A stretch of DNA of 64,000 nucleotides from the human T2T-CHM13v2.0 reference genome, Homo sapiens: the NCBI RefSeq assembly GCF_009914755.1, contig NC_060947.1; one strand, given 5' to 3'. The notes below the pieces were generated by a model. It was not told where the DNA came from, made no database searches, and was given only the letters and a program-made list of their open reading frames with translations. Made by a program: the position numbers and the translations under genes. Shown here in pieces: positions 1-17,540 of this stretch. Each line of letters begins with the position of its first letter. Position 1 is the stretch's first letter.

Positions 1-181
1 ACTTAAAAATAACTGCAAGAGTATTTTTGGGTTTTTTGTAACATAAAGGATAAATGCTTGAGGGAACAGATACCCCATTTTACAGGATGTGATTAATACA
101 CATTGCATGCCTATATCAAAACATCTCACGTACCCCATAAATATATACTCCTACTCTGTACCAACAAAAATTTTTAAAAAG
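1..181 (+). mobile_element. L1 (L1MA-like) 3' end
   Basis: gatgtgatt...cattgcatgcctatatcaaaacatctcacgtaccccataaatatatac is a typical L1MA 3'UTR end. It is similar to 21530-21710. Confidence 0.8.
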
Positions 182-1094
182 TCAAAAGAAACACATTAAA
201 TTACTGTTTGGTTTCTGTCTCCTAACTGGACCCTGTTTGATATACTACCCCACCTGTGAAAAAAATAACCAAAACTGTTATTACTGGGCTTTTAGATTAG
301 ATTATCTAAAGTGATAAAATATTCACTCTAGATACCCAGCAAATACTTTGATTGCCCCGAATCACAAAAATTAAACTGGTCACATATAGAATGAAAGGAA
401 AGACAAATATCAGCTTCACAATTTTTGTTTCAGACTCAAACGTTTTAAAATGTATTATAAACCAAAAACAGCAAAGTATGTTTTATTTCATGAAATACTC
501 AAAGTTAATCCATCAATATCTGCCTATTATGATGAAATCAAACTAGCTCTGCACTCAGCTCCAAGAATTTCCTTACATGACAATTTTATGATGTGTTTCA
601 GGAGTCCTGAGCCTTGCAGTGGATACTCTACCACTGGTTAGCAGATGACCTGTCTTTTCAGATAATTTTATAGACATAAAACCTCTTACTAAAAATGAAA
701 AGCACTTTATAGTTCAAAAGGCAATCACTACCTGTTTCCTTATATTATTATTCATTCTTAAGAGAAGAATGCCAAAACGAAATTATAAAAACAGCCTGCC
801 TGAAATAATTTCCCTATCTTTTGATTACAAAAATATTAAAATTCTGTTTTAACAAACAGTGCCAGACTGGATTTCAAATAGTCTGTAATTGTGCAACATG
901 GTATGTCCTTATTTTAGTCTCCTATTCACAGTGACAAATTATTCACTGCTGTCATATGTATCCTGAATTGGGACTTAATGAGGACATTGGATCCTCTGGT
1001 AGGATTTTAGTACTGCCTCGGAATGGAGTAGCATCAACTACTACAATCTCACTCAAACATTAAGGCAACAAAGTTTAAGTTTAAAATTAATTGA

Positions 1095-1245
1095 TGTGGC
1101 AGATTAAAGATGGCCAGAAATTTTTTTGTCATCTCTCCCATCCAGAGGTGGGATCTACATCCTTTCTCCTTCCAACCAGGTGGCTCTGTGACTTCTCTAA
1201 CCAATAAAATATAGTGGAAACAAAACTGTGCCAGTTTCCCTGTTA
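1095..1245 (+). mobile_element. MaLR LTR fragment (MLT1G/H-like)
   Basis: tgtggcagattaaagatggcc...ctcccatccagaggtggg resembles an MLT1 LTR start. Confidence 0.55.
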
Positions 1246-1410
1246 GCCTGATAGAGTATTTTCCTCAATATATTCTTAGACATTAATCAATGGTGTGTTA
1301 TCACTGCGTCCTCACATGGTAGGTGGAAGGGGTGAGTCAGCACTCTGAAGTCTCTAAGGGAAAATATAAAATATTTCCCTGTCACCATACTGCTTTGGCC
1401 CTTGGTTTAG

Positions 1411-1723
1411 TTTTTTGTTTTGTTTTGTTTTGTTTTTGAGACAGGGTCTCACTCTGCTGCCCAGGCTGGAGTGCAGTGGTGCCATCTTGGCTCACTGCAA
1501 TTCTGCCTCCTGGGTTCAAGCAATTCTCACACCTTAGCCTCCTGAGTAGCTGGGACTACAGGTCCATGCCACCATGCCTGGCTAAGTTTTGTATTTGTTG
1601 GTAAAGACAGGGCTTCACCATGTTGGTTGGCCGGGCTGGTCTCGAACTCCTGACCTCAAGTGATCTGCCCACCTCGACTTCCCAAAGTGCTGGGATTACA
1701 GGTGTGAGCCACCACGCCCAGCC
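1411..1723 (-). mobile_element. Alu (AluS-like)
   Basis: T-rich tail, then tgagacagggtctcactctg...gtgagccaccacgcccagcc. Confidence 0.95.
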
Positions 1724-2220
1724 AAGATTAGTTTTAAAATACCAGATTTTGTGTATGGCTAGTCTAATAATTGTCAATTTTCATTTAAGAGAAATCTTTA
1801 TAAGACATAAATATCACTTTAGTGTAATTGTATCCCTTTCATTATTCTTGGCTTAATTTTAATAATTATTGACTATTTAATGGAACCCATCGTTTTCAAT
1901 GTGCATTGGTGAAACTGTTATTAACTCCTCTTAACTGAAATGCTAGCAGTTTATTAAGGCAAAAAATGTTTTAAAAATACAATGTAATGCATTTACTTTA
2001 AGAGAAAGATCTAAAAGAGATACCATATAAAATTGAAATGGAAGAGGGAAGTTCATTTAGTATCTGTTAATAATCTTGGGAAAATTTTTAAGAAAAAAGT
2101 AAACATGAAAATGCCCTCAAACTAAATCTAAGTCACAGAAACATACACTAGAGAAAAGAGGGGTTCTGACTAGTAAAATAGCCATAGTTAAATACGGTAA
2201 GCCAGAACATAAAAGGGCCC

Positions 2221-2572
2221 TGTCTTAGTCTGTTTGGGCTGGCTATAACAAAATACCATAGACTAGGTGGTCTATAAACAACAGGAATTTATTTCTCATG
2301 GGTCTAGAAACTGGGAAGTCCAAGATCAAGGTACCAGCAGATCTGGTATCTAATGCAGGCTGCTCTCTGGTTCATAAGCGGCATCTTCTCACTGTGTCCT
2401 TACATGGTAGTGGGGGCAAGTGATCTCTCTAAGGCATCTTTTATAAGAGCACTAATCCCATTCACGAGGGCAGAGCCCTTCCAAAGGCGCCATCTTCTAA
2501 TACCATCACCTCGACAATTAGGATTCAACATATAAATTTGGGGTGGGGGACATAAACATTCAGACCATAGCA
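2221..2572 (-). mobile_element. MaLR solo LTR (MLT1A/MST-type) with perfect 5-bp TSD
   Basis: Termini tgtcttagtc...cagaccatagca (TG...CA). GGCCC is duplicated at 2216-2220 and 2573-2577. Confidence 0.88.
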
Positions 2573-2929
2573 GGCCCATACTTCCTAAATTAGCAGTCTT
2601 CAATAAGCATCTCAGACTAATGAGTAGAAAATTTATTTTATCAGCCACCCTGCTGACAGAGTTTAGAAAAGATGGTAACTTCCTTGAACATGTTTGGTTT
2701 TTTATTTAAAGGTTTTTTTGGACATTTGTTTTAACACTATTAAAAGAAGAAAAATGTATGTCTTGTCAGAGTACAGAAAATCTACTCTCCTGTAGCTTTA
2801 TTTAGGAAAAAAGTAAGAGGAAGACAAAATAATTAAGATAAACAAATGGAAATTGTAGAGAATGGATTGAGGTAGGCAAGATAAAGATAACTCCAGAATT
2901 AGTAGAGGATATATCACAACAGAGAACAG

Positions 2930-3150
2930 GAAAATTACTGACCACCTACAGTGTGCTAAGCACTAAGCTGAGATGCTTCACAGATATCATCACCCTTAAT
3001 CCCTGCACCAGCCCCATGAGGACAGTATCATTCTCCTCATTTGACAACTAGGAAAGCTGAGGTTTATGGAACTACTTAAGGTCACATTGTACAGGACAGA
3101 TTTGGAATGTCTGGCATGTCTGACTCCAACTCTTCTCATGATTTTCCCAC
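2930..3150 (-). mobile_element. MIR
   Basis: ctacagtgtgctaagcac...ccccatgag...ctcatttgacaactaggaaagctgagg is a MIR core. Confidence 0.65.
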
Positions 3151-4109
3151 TTTGATGGATCTGTAAGAAAAGCTGTAAACCCTTTAACTATCATCCACTT
3201 AGTACTTAAATTTTCTTTGGATTTTATAAGAACTCAACAGGACAGCATTGTTCTTAGTCTCGTGCAAGAGATGGGTATTTTCAAACGACATGAGGGGAGA
3301 GGATCATACTAAAAAGACAAAAGGTTCATTTCCAAAGCTCAGTAAAAAAAATCACTGAATGAACAAAAGTGGGGATCCAGGAGAAACTTGGTAGTATTTT
3401 CATTCATATATTAAAACTGTTAAAAAAATACTACACATTATAGAGACAAATTGGTGAAGCTCCTCAGAAACCTGGCATTGCTTACTGACTTTACACTTAA
3501 AAATGGGTAATTTGGCAATCATTCCTCAATCAGTAGTCTTAAAAATCCCCTGGCAGTTATTTCTGAAGAGTAAACAAAATAGATAAAATCTACTATACTG
3601 ATGGGGAGGAAATTTAAGCTACCCAAGAGAAAGCCAAACACCACAGACAACACAAGGCCAGTTCAAATAGACTAGTGGAATTTTCTCCCAAACGCTTTAG
3701 AAATGGCACTTACGTTGTAACTTTAGATACATTTTGCACCAATGCCTTCTGTCATTATTTTTAAAGTAACCAATAAGGATAACAAAGCAGATTCACCTGT
3801 ACATGGAGTCACTCTGTCTCTTTAGCATTTACTACTGAGGAAGAGAATCTTATGTCTGGATTATTAGATTTAAAGATATCTATGTTTTCTTTCTATTTTT
3901 ACATATCCCAGTACTTAGCATTTGGCACAGAACAGGTATGTCATCACCCTTTTCTCCCCAAGACTGAATGAATACTTTTGTGAACAAGTCAGATCCCCAT
4001 TATGCAAAATATAAATATTTAAATAGCCCAGACAGATCTTTATGCCAGACCACATGAGCTGACAAAATAAAACTGCTCCACTCTTTCCCTTCGGACAATG
4101 TATACCTAT

Positions 4110-5297
<1,188 letters not shown>

Positions 5298-5493
5298 TAA
5301 TCTGTCTCTGGGATCACTGCAGAATTTACTTTGAGGATACCTAAACATCTTCCTCATAGTTTGAGAAGGGTCACCATCTACTACCATAACTAATTATATG
5401 ACCTCATTATATTAATAGCAAGCTGTACAACAAGCGTGTACAATAAAGTAGTTTGGATAAACTAGCGTGCCAGCCAGGTAAGAAGTGATAGAT

Positions 5494-5794
5494 GGCCGGG
5501 TGCGGTGGCTCACGCCTGTAATCCCAGCACTTTGGGAGGCCAAGGTGGGCGGATCATGAAGTCAGTAGATCGAGACCATCCTGGCTAACTCGGTGAAACC
5601 CCGTCTCTACTAAAAATACAAAAAATTAGCCGGGCGTGGTGGCGGGTGCCTGTAGTCCCAGCTACTCAGGAGGCTGAGGCAGGAGTATGGCGTGAACCCA
5701 GGAGGCGGAGCTTGCAGTGAGCCGAGATCGCGCCACTGCACTCCAGCCTGGGCGACAGAGCGAGACTCTGCCAAAAAAAAAAAAAAAAAAACAA
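5494..5794 (+). mobile_element. AluY with perfect 14-bp TSD
   Basis: Y-diagnostic gatcgagaccatcctggctaac, tggcgtgaaccc and ggagcttgcagtgagccgagatcgcgcc. CpG-rich. AAGAAGTGATAGAT at 5480-5493 and 5795-5808. Confidence 0.96.
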
Positions 5795-6219
5795 AAGAAG
5801 TGATAGATAAACATGGATTAGAATAATGTGTTTTTATAGCCCAGCTTTGTAGTCCTGACCATGAAAGTGTTACTCAGCCTATTTACCTTTTACAGATGTA
5901 ATCTTTGCCAAAAAGCAGAAACCTTCCTTTGTTTATCAACTGTCACACTGTTCTCTTATTGCACCATCCCGAGACTCCTCAGTAAATTCACAAAACTTAC
6001 GTGGCATTCCTTCATTCACTCAATAAGTATTACCTATATTGTGCCAGGCATGGTTCTAGGTGGTCAGAGTAAAGCTGTGAAAAAACAAATCCAGAAAAAC
6101 AAAACTCTCTACCTTCACTTCACACACATACCGCTTTTGGGTTTAGGGGTGCAGGACACATAAAGTAGCTGGGCACTAGGATATAAAGGGTGAGGGCTAA
6201 CAGCTTCAGATGTGGGAAA

Positions 6220-6430
6220 AATACAGCTTTTGCAGTCCAAAAGACAGACCAACTTGGATTCACCTGGCTCTACCACTTCCTGTGCATCAATCCAAAAGTT
6301 ATTTAACTTCTTTAATCTTCAGTTGCAAAATGTAGATAAAGTATTTTTTTGCAGGGTTTCTCTGAAGATAAGACAACAGATATGAACAGCACCTAGCAAC
6401 ATGCCTGGCATTTTAAATAGTGTTTGATTA
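6220..6430 (+). mobile_element. MIR remnant
   Basis: ctggctctaccacttcctg...aagttatttaacttct...cagcacctagcaacatgcctggca. Confidence 0.6.
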
Positions 6431-6585
6431 GTACATGGCAGTAATTAAAAAGGAGAATATGCTTACTGACTCAGTTATAGATAGAGTCTTTACTACAAAC
6501 AAGCACAAAACTGCTTCTGTTTGCAGATACTACTCTTTTTGATGTACTATCACTAAAATCTTTTAATTATATAGTAAATTATTCA

Positions 6586-7010
<425 letters not shown>

Positions 7011-7424
7011 TTAACCCACTTGTAGGCTCATCAACTTTCTATGTAAGGCTTAAACTCTCTAGATTCAATCCCATAAAGCGGCCATCTAGGAACTGGGAAA
7101 GAGGAAAGTGAGACAGATGGTGGAAAGCTGGTATAATAACAAAGAAAACAATCTACTCTAGGAAAATTACAATTGAACAGCTTTGGACTTTCCTGAATGT
7201 GGTGATTTCTTCCACTTGGGCATGTCTCTTCAGGGGTCCTTGGAAGTTATGTCTATGGAAGTGTCACAAAAGGTGACATTCCTGTGTGTCATGGGGCCAG
7301 TTCCACACCAGTCCAACAAGGATCTCATTTTCTTGCATGTGGTAGAATAAGACAGGGCTCAACACAAATTCTATTCCTATTTTCACTTTTATAGATGTGA
7401 ACGCTGAGAAACCTTGTTCACAAA

Positions 7425-9007
<1,583 letters not shown>

Positions 9008-9429
9008 TAATAATCCATCAACTTACAAATTGATAAGGTCATCCATCAATTTTGTTGAAAGCAAAGCAAGAATAGATCTAACTTGAAAAAGTATGTTATT
9101 GGTCTTTCAGAGTCATTCACTTTCTCAACACTGATGCCAATTTTCAAACTGTCCTTTTGTTTGGCGCCCTGGAGATTTTGATACATATTACAACAGATCT
9201 TGTAACGCACCACAATTAAGATTCTGGATGGGTAGGAGGAAGGACAATAGTAAAATGAGAGAAGAAAAATTTGTGAAAGGGGATATAAGAAAGGAGAACT
9301 TCTATGTCCATTACAGACATTTTCTTAAGCATATCAACTTTACGAAGAGTATATATAGAAGTAAGAATTTGAAAAGTGGTTCCCTTAAAACTATTCGTGA
9401 TTGATATTGTATAGAAGTTTTTGTGAACA

Positions 9430-9722
9430 ATTAGGAGCTCTTGTACCCAATTTGAAGTTGCCTGTTAATCAAACTGGTTACGCTTCTCTCCTTCCCCCAG
9501 GCCTTCCCACTTCCTCCCACCAAGTTCTTTCTAGTCTTGTTTATTCCTCCCATAAAAGAAAAATATTTTTTGCCTAACCCTTGAGATACTCATAGATCTT
9601 ATGGTGAGAGTGTTCTATTAAAATAGACCCCACTCCCTATTGCAATAGTTTCTCCCCCTTGCGATAATTCTTTTGAATAAACTGTCTGCTAAGTTAGAAT
9701 TTATTATATTTTCTATCTGACA
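9430..9722 (+). mobile_element. ERV1-type LTR 3' part (MER31/MER67-like)
   Basis: ctccctattgcaatagt...ttttgaataaa...tgaca terminus with a polyA signal. Confidence 0.5.
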
Positions 9723-10180
9723 TGTATTATTTAATTGTGTAATACAAATTTCTTACAGAGCAAACTTAACAAAAGACACTTCTTAGGTTATTTCCAAAGG
9801 TTATTCATATAGATGGGATAACAGTAACTTATTCAATACATCTAAGAACACCCCCATCTAATTCTTCAGACTCAAATTTTAATTAGCAAGTATACTCCAA
9901 AATTCATCTTGTACCTAGTGTACAGACTGAATTTTCCAGCTACTGTAGCCCATATATCAAGGGTTATGTCAACCCACCAAATTCCTGTCTTTATCTATTT
10001 TCTATTCCCACAGCTTCCTAAGGAATTCTCTACGTCACATAATGTAAAAGCTAGCAAAATGCAGATTTGAAAGAAAATAGGTAGCTATTTGTATAGAAAA
10101 AGAGAAAACAATGATAAAAATCATTTTTAACTTGTGAAACACAAATTCCACTTATAGTAGAGGAAAAACATTAAAAATAA

Positions 10181-10336
<156 letters not shown>

Positions 10337-12981
10337 TAAAAGCTGCTTTATTTCAGAATAAAAAATGAGTAGAGAAACTCATCTCACATTTTTTTCATAT
10401 TGCTATATTTCCCGAATGTAACATTAAGATGATACTAAGAAAAATTGAATATATGAGCCAATGAACTTTGAGAGCTCTATTATATAAACATGAGCCTCCT
10501 CATCTACATACTGAAGTCATATAAGATGAGAAATTCAGGTTAAGAGACATTTACAAATAAAACGTTGATATTGGGGATTATGGCCAACATGTTACATGTA
10601 ATATCAAGCCATGTTTACACCTAGAATTATATTGAACAAGTATGAGTCATTTTAGTTAACAAATAGCCACATACTTTCAGAAGTAGGTAATCTACACTAT
10701 TTTTTAAAAGGCAAAAAACAAGATGAAAGAAGTAAGTTTTCTTTTCCCATGCAGTTGATCTCAAGCATAATCACTATAAATTGTCTTAGGTTTAGAGATT
10801 CATCAGCAGTTTTTCACAGAATAGCAGGATCTGATTAGCAAGACAAGTATAAACTTTACATTTGTAATATTTGTATCTCATTGTAAATAGTTATCCAGAA
10901 ATGCTTGTCATAATACAGCAAAATTAATCATTAAGAAACAGACGTATTTAAAATTGACTCTCATTAGCCTGAAAAAATTCAAAACAGACACACATACACA
11001 AAACCATTAGGAAAAACAGCCAAAGATGTACAGTTTGCTAAAACAGTACTCATAATTTATTGTCTAAGGTCTACAGATAGAACTTGCCCTGTGGGGAAAA
11101 AAAGATATAAGGTCTACAGAAATATATGAAATTCTATACAAAGAATATTTGCTTTAAAAGTGAAGAAAAACAAAAAAAAATCTAAGGGAAATCCCATTTA
11201 GGAAAATACTAGCCAATGAGCAAAACAATAATTAAATGACTATTATGATCAGGAACTGTGAAAAGGAGGTGTTTCATTGAAAATTATTACAGCAGCTAGA
11301 AGCTGGTCTCTAGCAGTTTTGCTCAAACTATTCCAAGAAACACAAAACCTTTTCCCCATAGAACCACAATTAACAAATACGTTTTTTAAATACTAGCCAA
11401 GTTTAAGGATTTCATCATCCTTAAGAATCTATAATTAATAATACCAATGCTCAAAATGATTATCTGACAACTCAAAAAATATTGCACATTTATATTATGT
11501 GACGTATTATGTCACATAATGAACATAATTCATTAATGTTTCAAAGAATGAGTTTTCATTTTAAATATTAAATTTATAAACTATAATTTGATAAATATGG
11601 GATGGGAATTTAAAAATACATGATCAAACTGTTCTGGAAGCATATTCTATAGTATTTTGCATGACAAAATTAAACAAAAGTATAAGCCTTAATATCTTGA
11701 AATTTGCTGGATTACTTCTAACAATATCAATTGCAAGCCATAGTCAAGCAAATGATGACACTAAGAAAATGCAACTGCAAATAAAAGGTTTTGGCAAATG
11801 ATTTCTGCATGCAAAAGGAAGGTATAGAGATTCATTAACTAAACCAGTAATTATTCCACAAAATGAATACAAATTTCCTATGTAAATTAAATCTATTAAA
11901 TATTCATGTTTCTTGAGGAAAACGAGTGACAGTTTTTGATGATGCTATCAGTTATATCAGTCAGGGTTTGCCTGTACAGAACAATTTGGAATGTTTGGAA
12001 ACCAAAACCTGTAGTTAAAATGCTTTTACCTATACTCCTAAATATTTGTGGGCTAATTATCTCTTTCATGGAAGAGCATACAGTTCATAAGGGAAACCTT
12101 ACAATTTTTTAAAATTTTAAAATAATTGTACATTAACAGAAAGTTGCAAAAGTAGTACAGAGATTTTGTGTACCTTTAACCCATTTTCCCCCATAGTAGC
12201 ATATAACAGTAGTACAATATCAAAACCAGGAAACTGACTATTGATACAACCAACAGACTTTATTTCGATTTCAATAGTTTTACATGCACTCATGTGTCTA
12301 TGTGCACAGCTATTCAATTTTATCGCCATGTGTAAATTCAAGTAGTCACCACCAAAACAGAGATACAGAACTGCTACATAATAATCCCCCACAAAAACCC
12401 CAAGTGCTAACCCTTTCTAGTCACACCCACTCACCCATCTCACAATCCTCACCTAAACTTTGCAGTGTCCCACACCTGACAATCACTAATCTGTTCTCCA
12501 GTTCTATAATTTTATCACTTTGAAACTTATATAAAGGAAATCATACAGTACACGACAATTAAGAGATTTTTTTAACGAAGTAGAATTTCTTGAGATCTAT
12601 CCAAGTAGTTGCATGCATCAGTAGATTTTTCATTTTTATTGCTCAGTAGGATTCCATGGTATAGATGTATCACAATTCGTTTAACCATTAACCCATTGTA
12701 GGATATTTTGGTACTTTCCAAATTTTAGCTATGACGAGTATAGCTGCTATAAAAACTTGATTACAGGTCTTACTGTGAACATAAGTTTTCATTTCCTTAG
12801 GATGTACATTTCCCAGGAGTACACTTGCTGGGTTGTATGGCAAATGTATGTTTTAGTATTTTAAAGAAGCTGCCTAACTCTTTTCTGGAGTGACTGTACC
12901 ACTTTATATTCACACCAGATATATGAAAGATCCAGTTCTCTGCATCCTTGCCAGAATATGGTATTGTCATATTGTTACTTA

Positions 12982-13210
<229 letters not shown>

Positions 13211-13397
13211 TAATTGTTTAGAACCTGTATAACCCTTTTTGGGAAAAATGTTCATGTCTTTTAACCACTATCCAATTGGACTATTTGTTTTATTTTTTAC
13301 TGTTGAGGTTTTTTGTTTTTCTTTTTTCATCTACGAATTGTGCATTTAGTGTCATGTCTAAGAATTCTTCATCTCCCTCCATGTCCTAATGATATTA

Positions 13398-13724
<327 letters not shown>

Positions 13725-16419
13725 GCTATGTAGCTTTATGTTTTATATTTAAATCTATGATCTATTTTGAGTTAATTTTTTATAGGGCATGAGGTTTAAA
13801 TTGAGGTTCATTTTTGGCCTATGGATGTCCAATTGCTCCACCACCATTTGTAGAAAAAAATTACTCTTTCTTCATTGAATTGAGTTTGAATCTTTCTCAA
13901 AAACTATTTGGCTGTACTTGTGTGGGGGTACTTATGGGTAATCTAATCTGTTCCATCAAGCTACGTGTCTATCTCTCTGCCAGTACTACTCTATATTAAT
14001 TCCTATAGCTATATAAATCTATATAGTGGGTAGAATGATTCCTCCCACTTTATCATAGTTTTTCAAAATTGTTTTAGCTATTCTTATTCTTTTTCCTTTC
14101 CAGAAATATTTTAGGATAAGCCTTCTATATCCATAAAAAATCTTCCTAGGATTTTAATTGAAATTGGGTCAAATCTAGAGATAGATTTGGGGAGAAATTA
14201 TATATTTACTATGTTGAGTCTTCCAATCCCTGAACAGAGTACATCTCTTCATTTATTTAGATCTTTAACTTCTTTCATCAGAGTTCTGTAGTTTTCACCA
14301 TACAAGGTTTGTATATGTTTTGTGGGATTTATACCTAAGCATTTCATTTTATTTTAAGCAACTGCAAATGGTACTATGTTTTTAACTGTGGTTTCCAGGT
14401 GTTCTTTGCGAGTATAGAGAAATAACTGATTTTTCGTATGTTTATCTCATATCCTTGACAAACGCACTCACTAGTTCTAGGAGTCTTTTTTTTTTTTTTG
14501 TAGATTCCTTTTAATTTTTCTGCGTAGACTGTCATGTCATCAGCAAACAGGGACAGTTTCATTTCTTTCTTTCCAATCTATATGCTTATATTTACCTTTC
14601 TTCCCTTACTGTGGTAGCTTCCAGAAATATACTGAAGAAGAATGGTGAAAGTGATCAACTTTGCCTTATTCCTGGTCTTAGGGGAAAAGTATTATGAAAA
14701 AACTTATTGGAAAAATGTAAGGTCTATGTCTAAATTCATTTTTATTCAAGTGGATGTCCAGTTGTTCTGGCACCACTTGTTGAGAAGACTTTTTCCATTG
14801 GTTTGCCTTTGCTACTTTGTCAAAGATCTATTGACAATATTTGTGTGGATCTACTTCTAGGGTCTCTATTCTATTCTATGGATCTATTTACTTATTCCTT
14901 CACCAATACTACACTGTCATGATTACTGTAGCCTTAAAGTATTGAAGTCAAGTACTGAAGTCAGGTAGTGTCAGTTCTCCAACTTTATTCTTATTCTTCA
15001 ATAATATGGTGTCTATTCTGAATCTTTTGCCTTTCCATATAAACTTTAGATCAATTTGTCAATATCCACAAAGTAACTTCCTGAAATTATGCTTGGGATT
15101 GCACTGAATCTACAGATCAAGTTGGTAAGAACTGATTCTTAACAACATTGAGTCTTCTTATCCACAAACGTGGAGTATCTATTTATTTAGATCTTTTTTG
15201 ATTTCTTTCATCAAAGTTTAGAAATTTCCTTTGTATGTATCTTGTATATATTTTGTTATGCTTATACATAAGCAGTTCAATTTTTTGGTGTTAATATAAT
15301 GTGTTATATTTTAAATTTCAAATTCCACTTGCACATTGCTGGCATGTAAGAAAGCGATAGACTTTTATATGTTAACCTTGTAACCTGCAACCTGCTATAA
15401 TCCCTTATTTGTTCCAGGAGTTTGTTGTTGTTGTTGATTCTTTGGGACTTTCTACATAGACAATCATGTCATCTCAGAACAAAGACAGGTTTACTTCTTT
15501 CCCCCCAATCTGTATAGCTTTCATTTCCTTATCATGTCTTATTGCATTAGCAAGGGTTTCTGGTAGGATGTTGAACAGGAGTAGGGAACAGGAACATCCT
15601 GGCCTCATTCCCAATTTTAGGGGAAAAACATCAGTTTCTCACCATTAAGTAAGATGTTAGCTGTAGGGTTTTTTTTGTAGACTTCTTTATCAAGTTGAGG
15701 GTGTTAGATTTTGTCAACTGCCTTTTCTCCATCTACTAATATGATCAAATAATTTTTCTTCTTTAGCTTGTTGACGTGATGGATTACATTAATTGATTTT
15801 CAAATGTTGAACCAGTTTTGCATACCTTTAATTCCTTTTTAAGGTTGAACAATAAATCTTCTATTGTATGTAATATTCGTTTTGTTTACCCATTCATCAG
15901 TTGATGACCATTTGGTTTGTTTCCACATTTGCCTGCTACAAATAATGCTGCAATGACTATTCATGTACCAGTTTTCGTGTGTACATATGTTTTCAATGCT
16001 TTTGGGTATATACCTAGGATGAGAATTGCTAGGTCATAGGGTGCTCTAAGTTCAACTTTTGAGGAACTGCCAAGCTTTTCAACAGCGGTTACATCATTTT
16101 GTATTCCCAATAGCAATTTATGATGGTTCCAAATTCTCCAAATCCTTGCCAACACATGCTGTTGTTTTTTGTTTTGTTTTTTTACTACAGCCATTTTAGT
16201 AGGTGTGAAGTGGTATCTCATTATGGTTTGGATTTCCATTTTCCTAAAAGCCAATGACACTGAATATCTTTTCATGTGTTTATTGACCATTTGTAAATAT
16301 TATTTGAAGAAATGTCTATTCAAATCCATTATCATTTTAATCAGGTTATCTGTTTTTGTTTATTGTTGATTTTCAAGAGTTCTTTGTATATCTGAGATAC
16401 TAGATTATCAAATATATGA

Positions 16420-16776
<357 letters not shown>

Positions 16777-17244
16777 TCTTTTTACTTTCTTGATAGTGTC
16801 TACTGAAGCATAAAAATTTTAAATTATGATGAATCCCATTATCTATTTTTTTCTTTGGTTGCTTGTGCTTTAGGTGTAATAATGAAGAAACCACTACTTA
16901 ATCCAAGGTCACAAAGATTTATGCCTATGTTTTCTTTTAAAATTGCATGGTGTTAACTCATACATTTAGATCTTTGATCTACTTTGAGTTAATTTTTGTA
17001 TATGGTGTAGGGTAGAGGTCCACCTTCAAACTTTTGCATGTCAGCCTCCAGTTGTCCCAATACCACTGTTTTGAAGAAACTATTCTTTCTCCATTGAACT
17101 GTCTTGGCACCACAGTTGAAAATTATTTGACTGTAAATATATGGATTTACTACTGGATTGTTAATTCAATTTCATCAATCTATATGTCTATCCTTATGCC
17201 AGGGTTACACTATGTGTATTAATGTAGCTTTATAGAAAATTCTG

Positions 17245-17540
17245 GGCCAGGCGCAGTGGCTCATGGCTATAATCTCAGCACCCTGGGAGGCGAGGTGGGC
17301 AGATCATCTGAGGTCAGGAGTTTAAGACCAGCCTGGCCAACATGGTGAAACCCCATCTCTACTAATAATACAAAAAAAATAGCCAGGTGTGGTGGCACAC
17401 ACCTGTAATCCCAGATACTTGGGAGGCTGAGGCACAAGAATCACTTGAACCCAGGAGGCGAAGGTTGCAGTGAGCCGAGATTGCACTCCAGCCTGGGTGA
17501 CAAGAGTGAAACTCTGTCTCCAGGAAAAAAAAAAAAAAAA
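17245..17540 (+). mobile_element. AluS
   Basis: Full dimer with A tail and TSD aaaattctg. Confidence 0.94.

Noticed and set aside
11494-11520. 10-bp inverted repeat attatgtgac...gtcacataat
   Set aside because: Short and AT-rich, so it cannot be distinguished from background.
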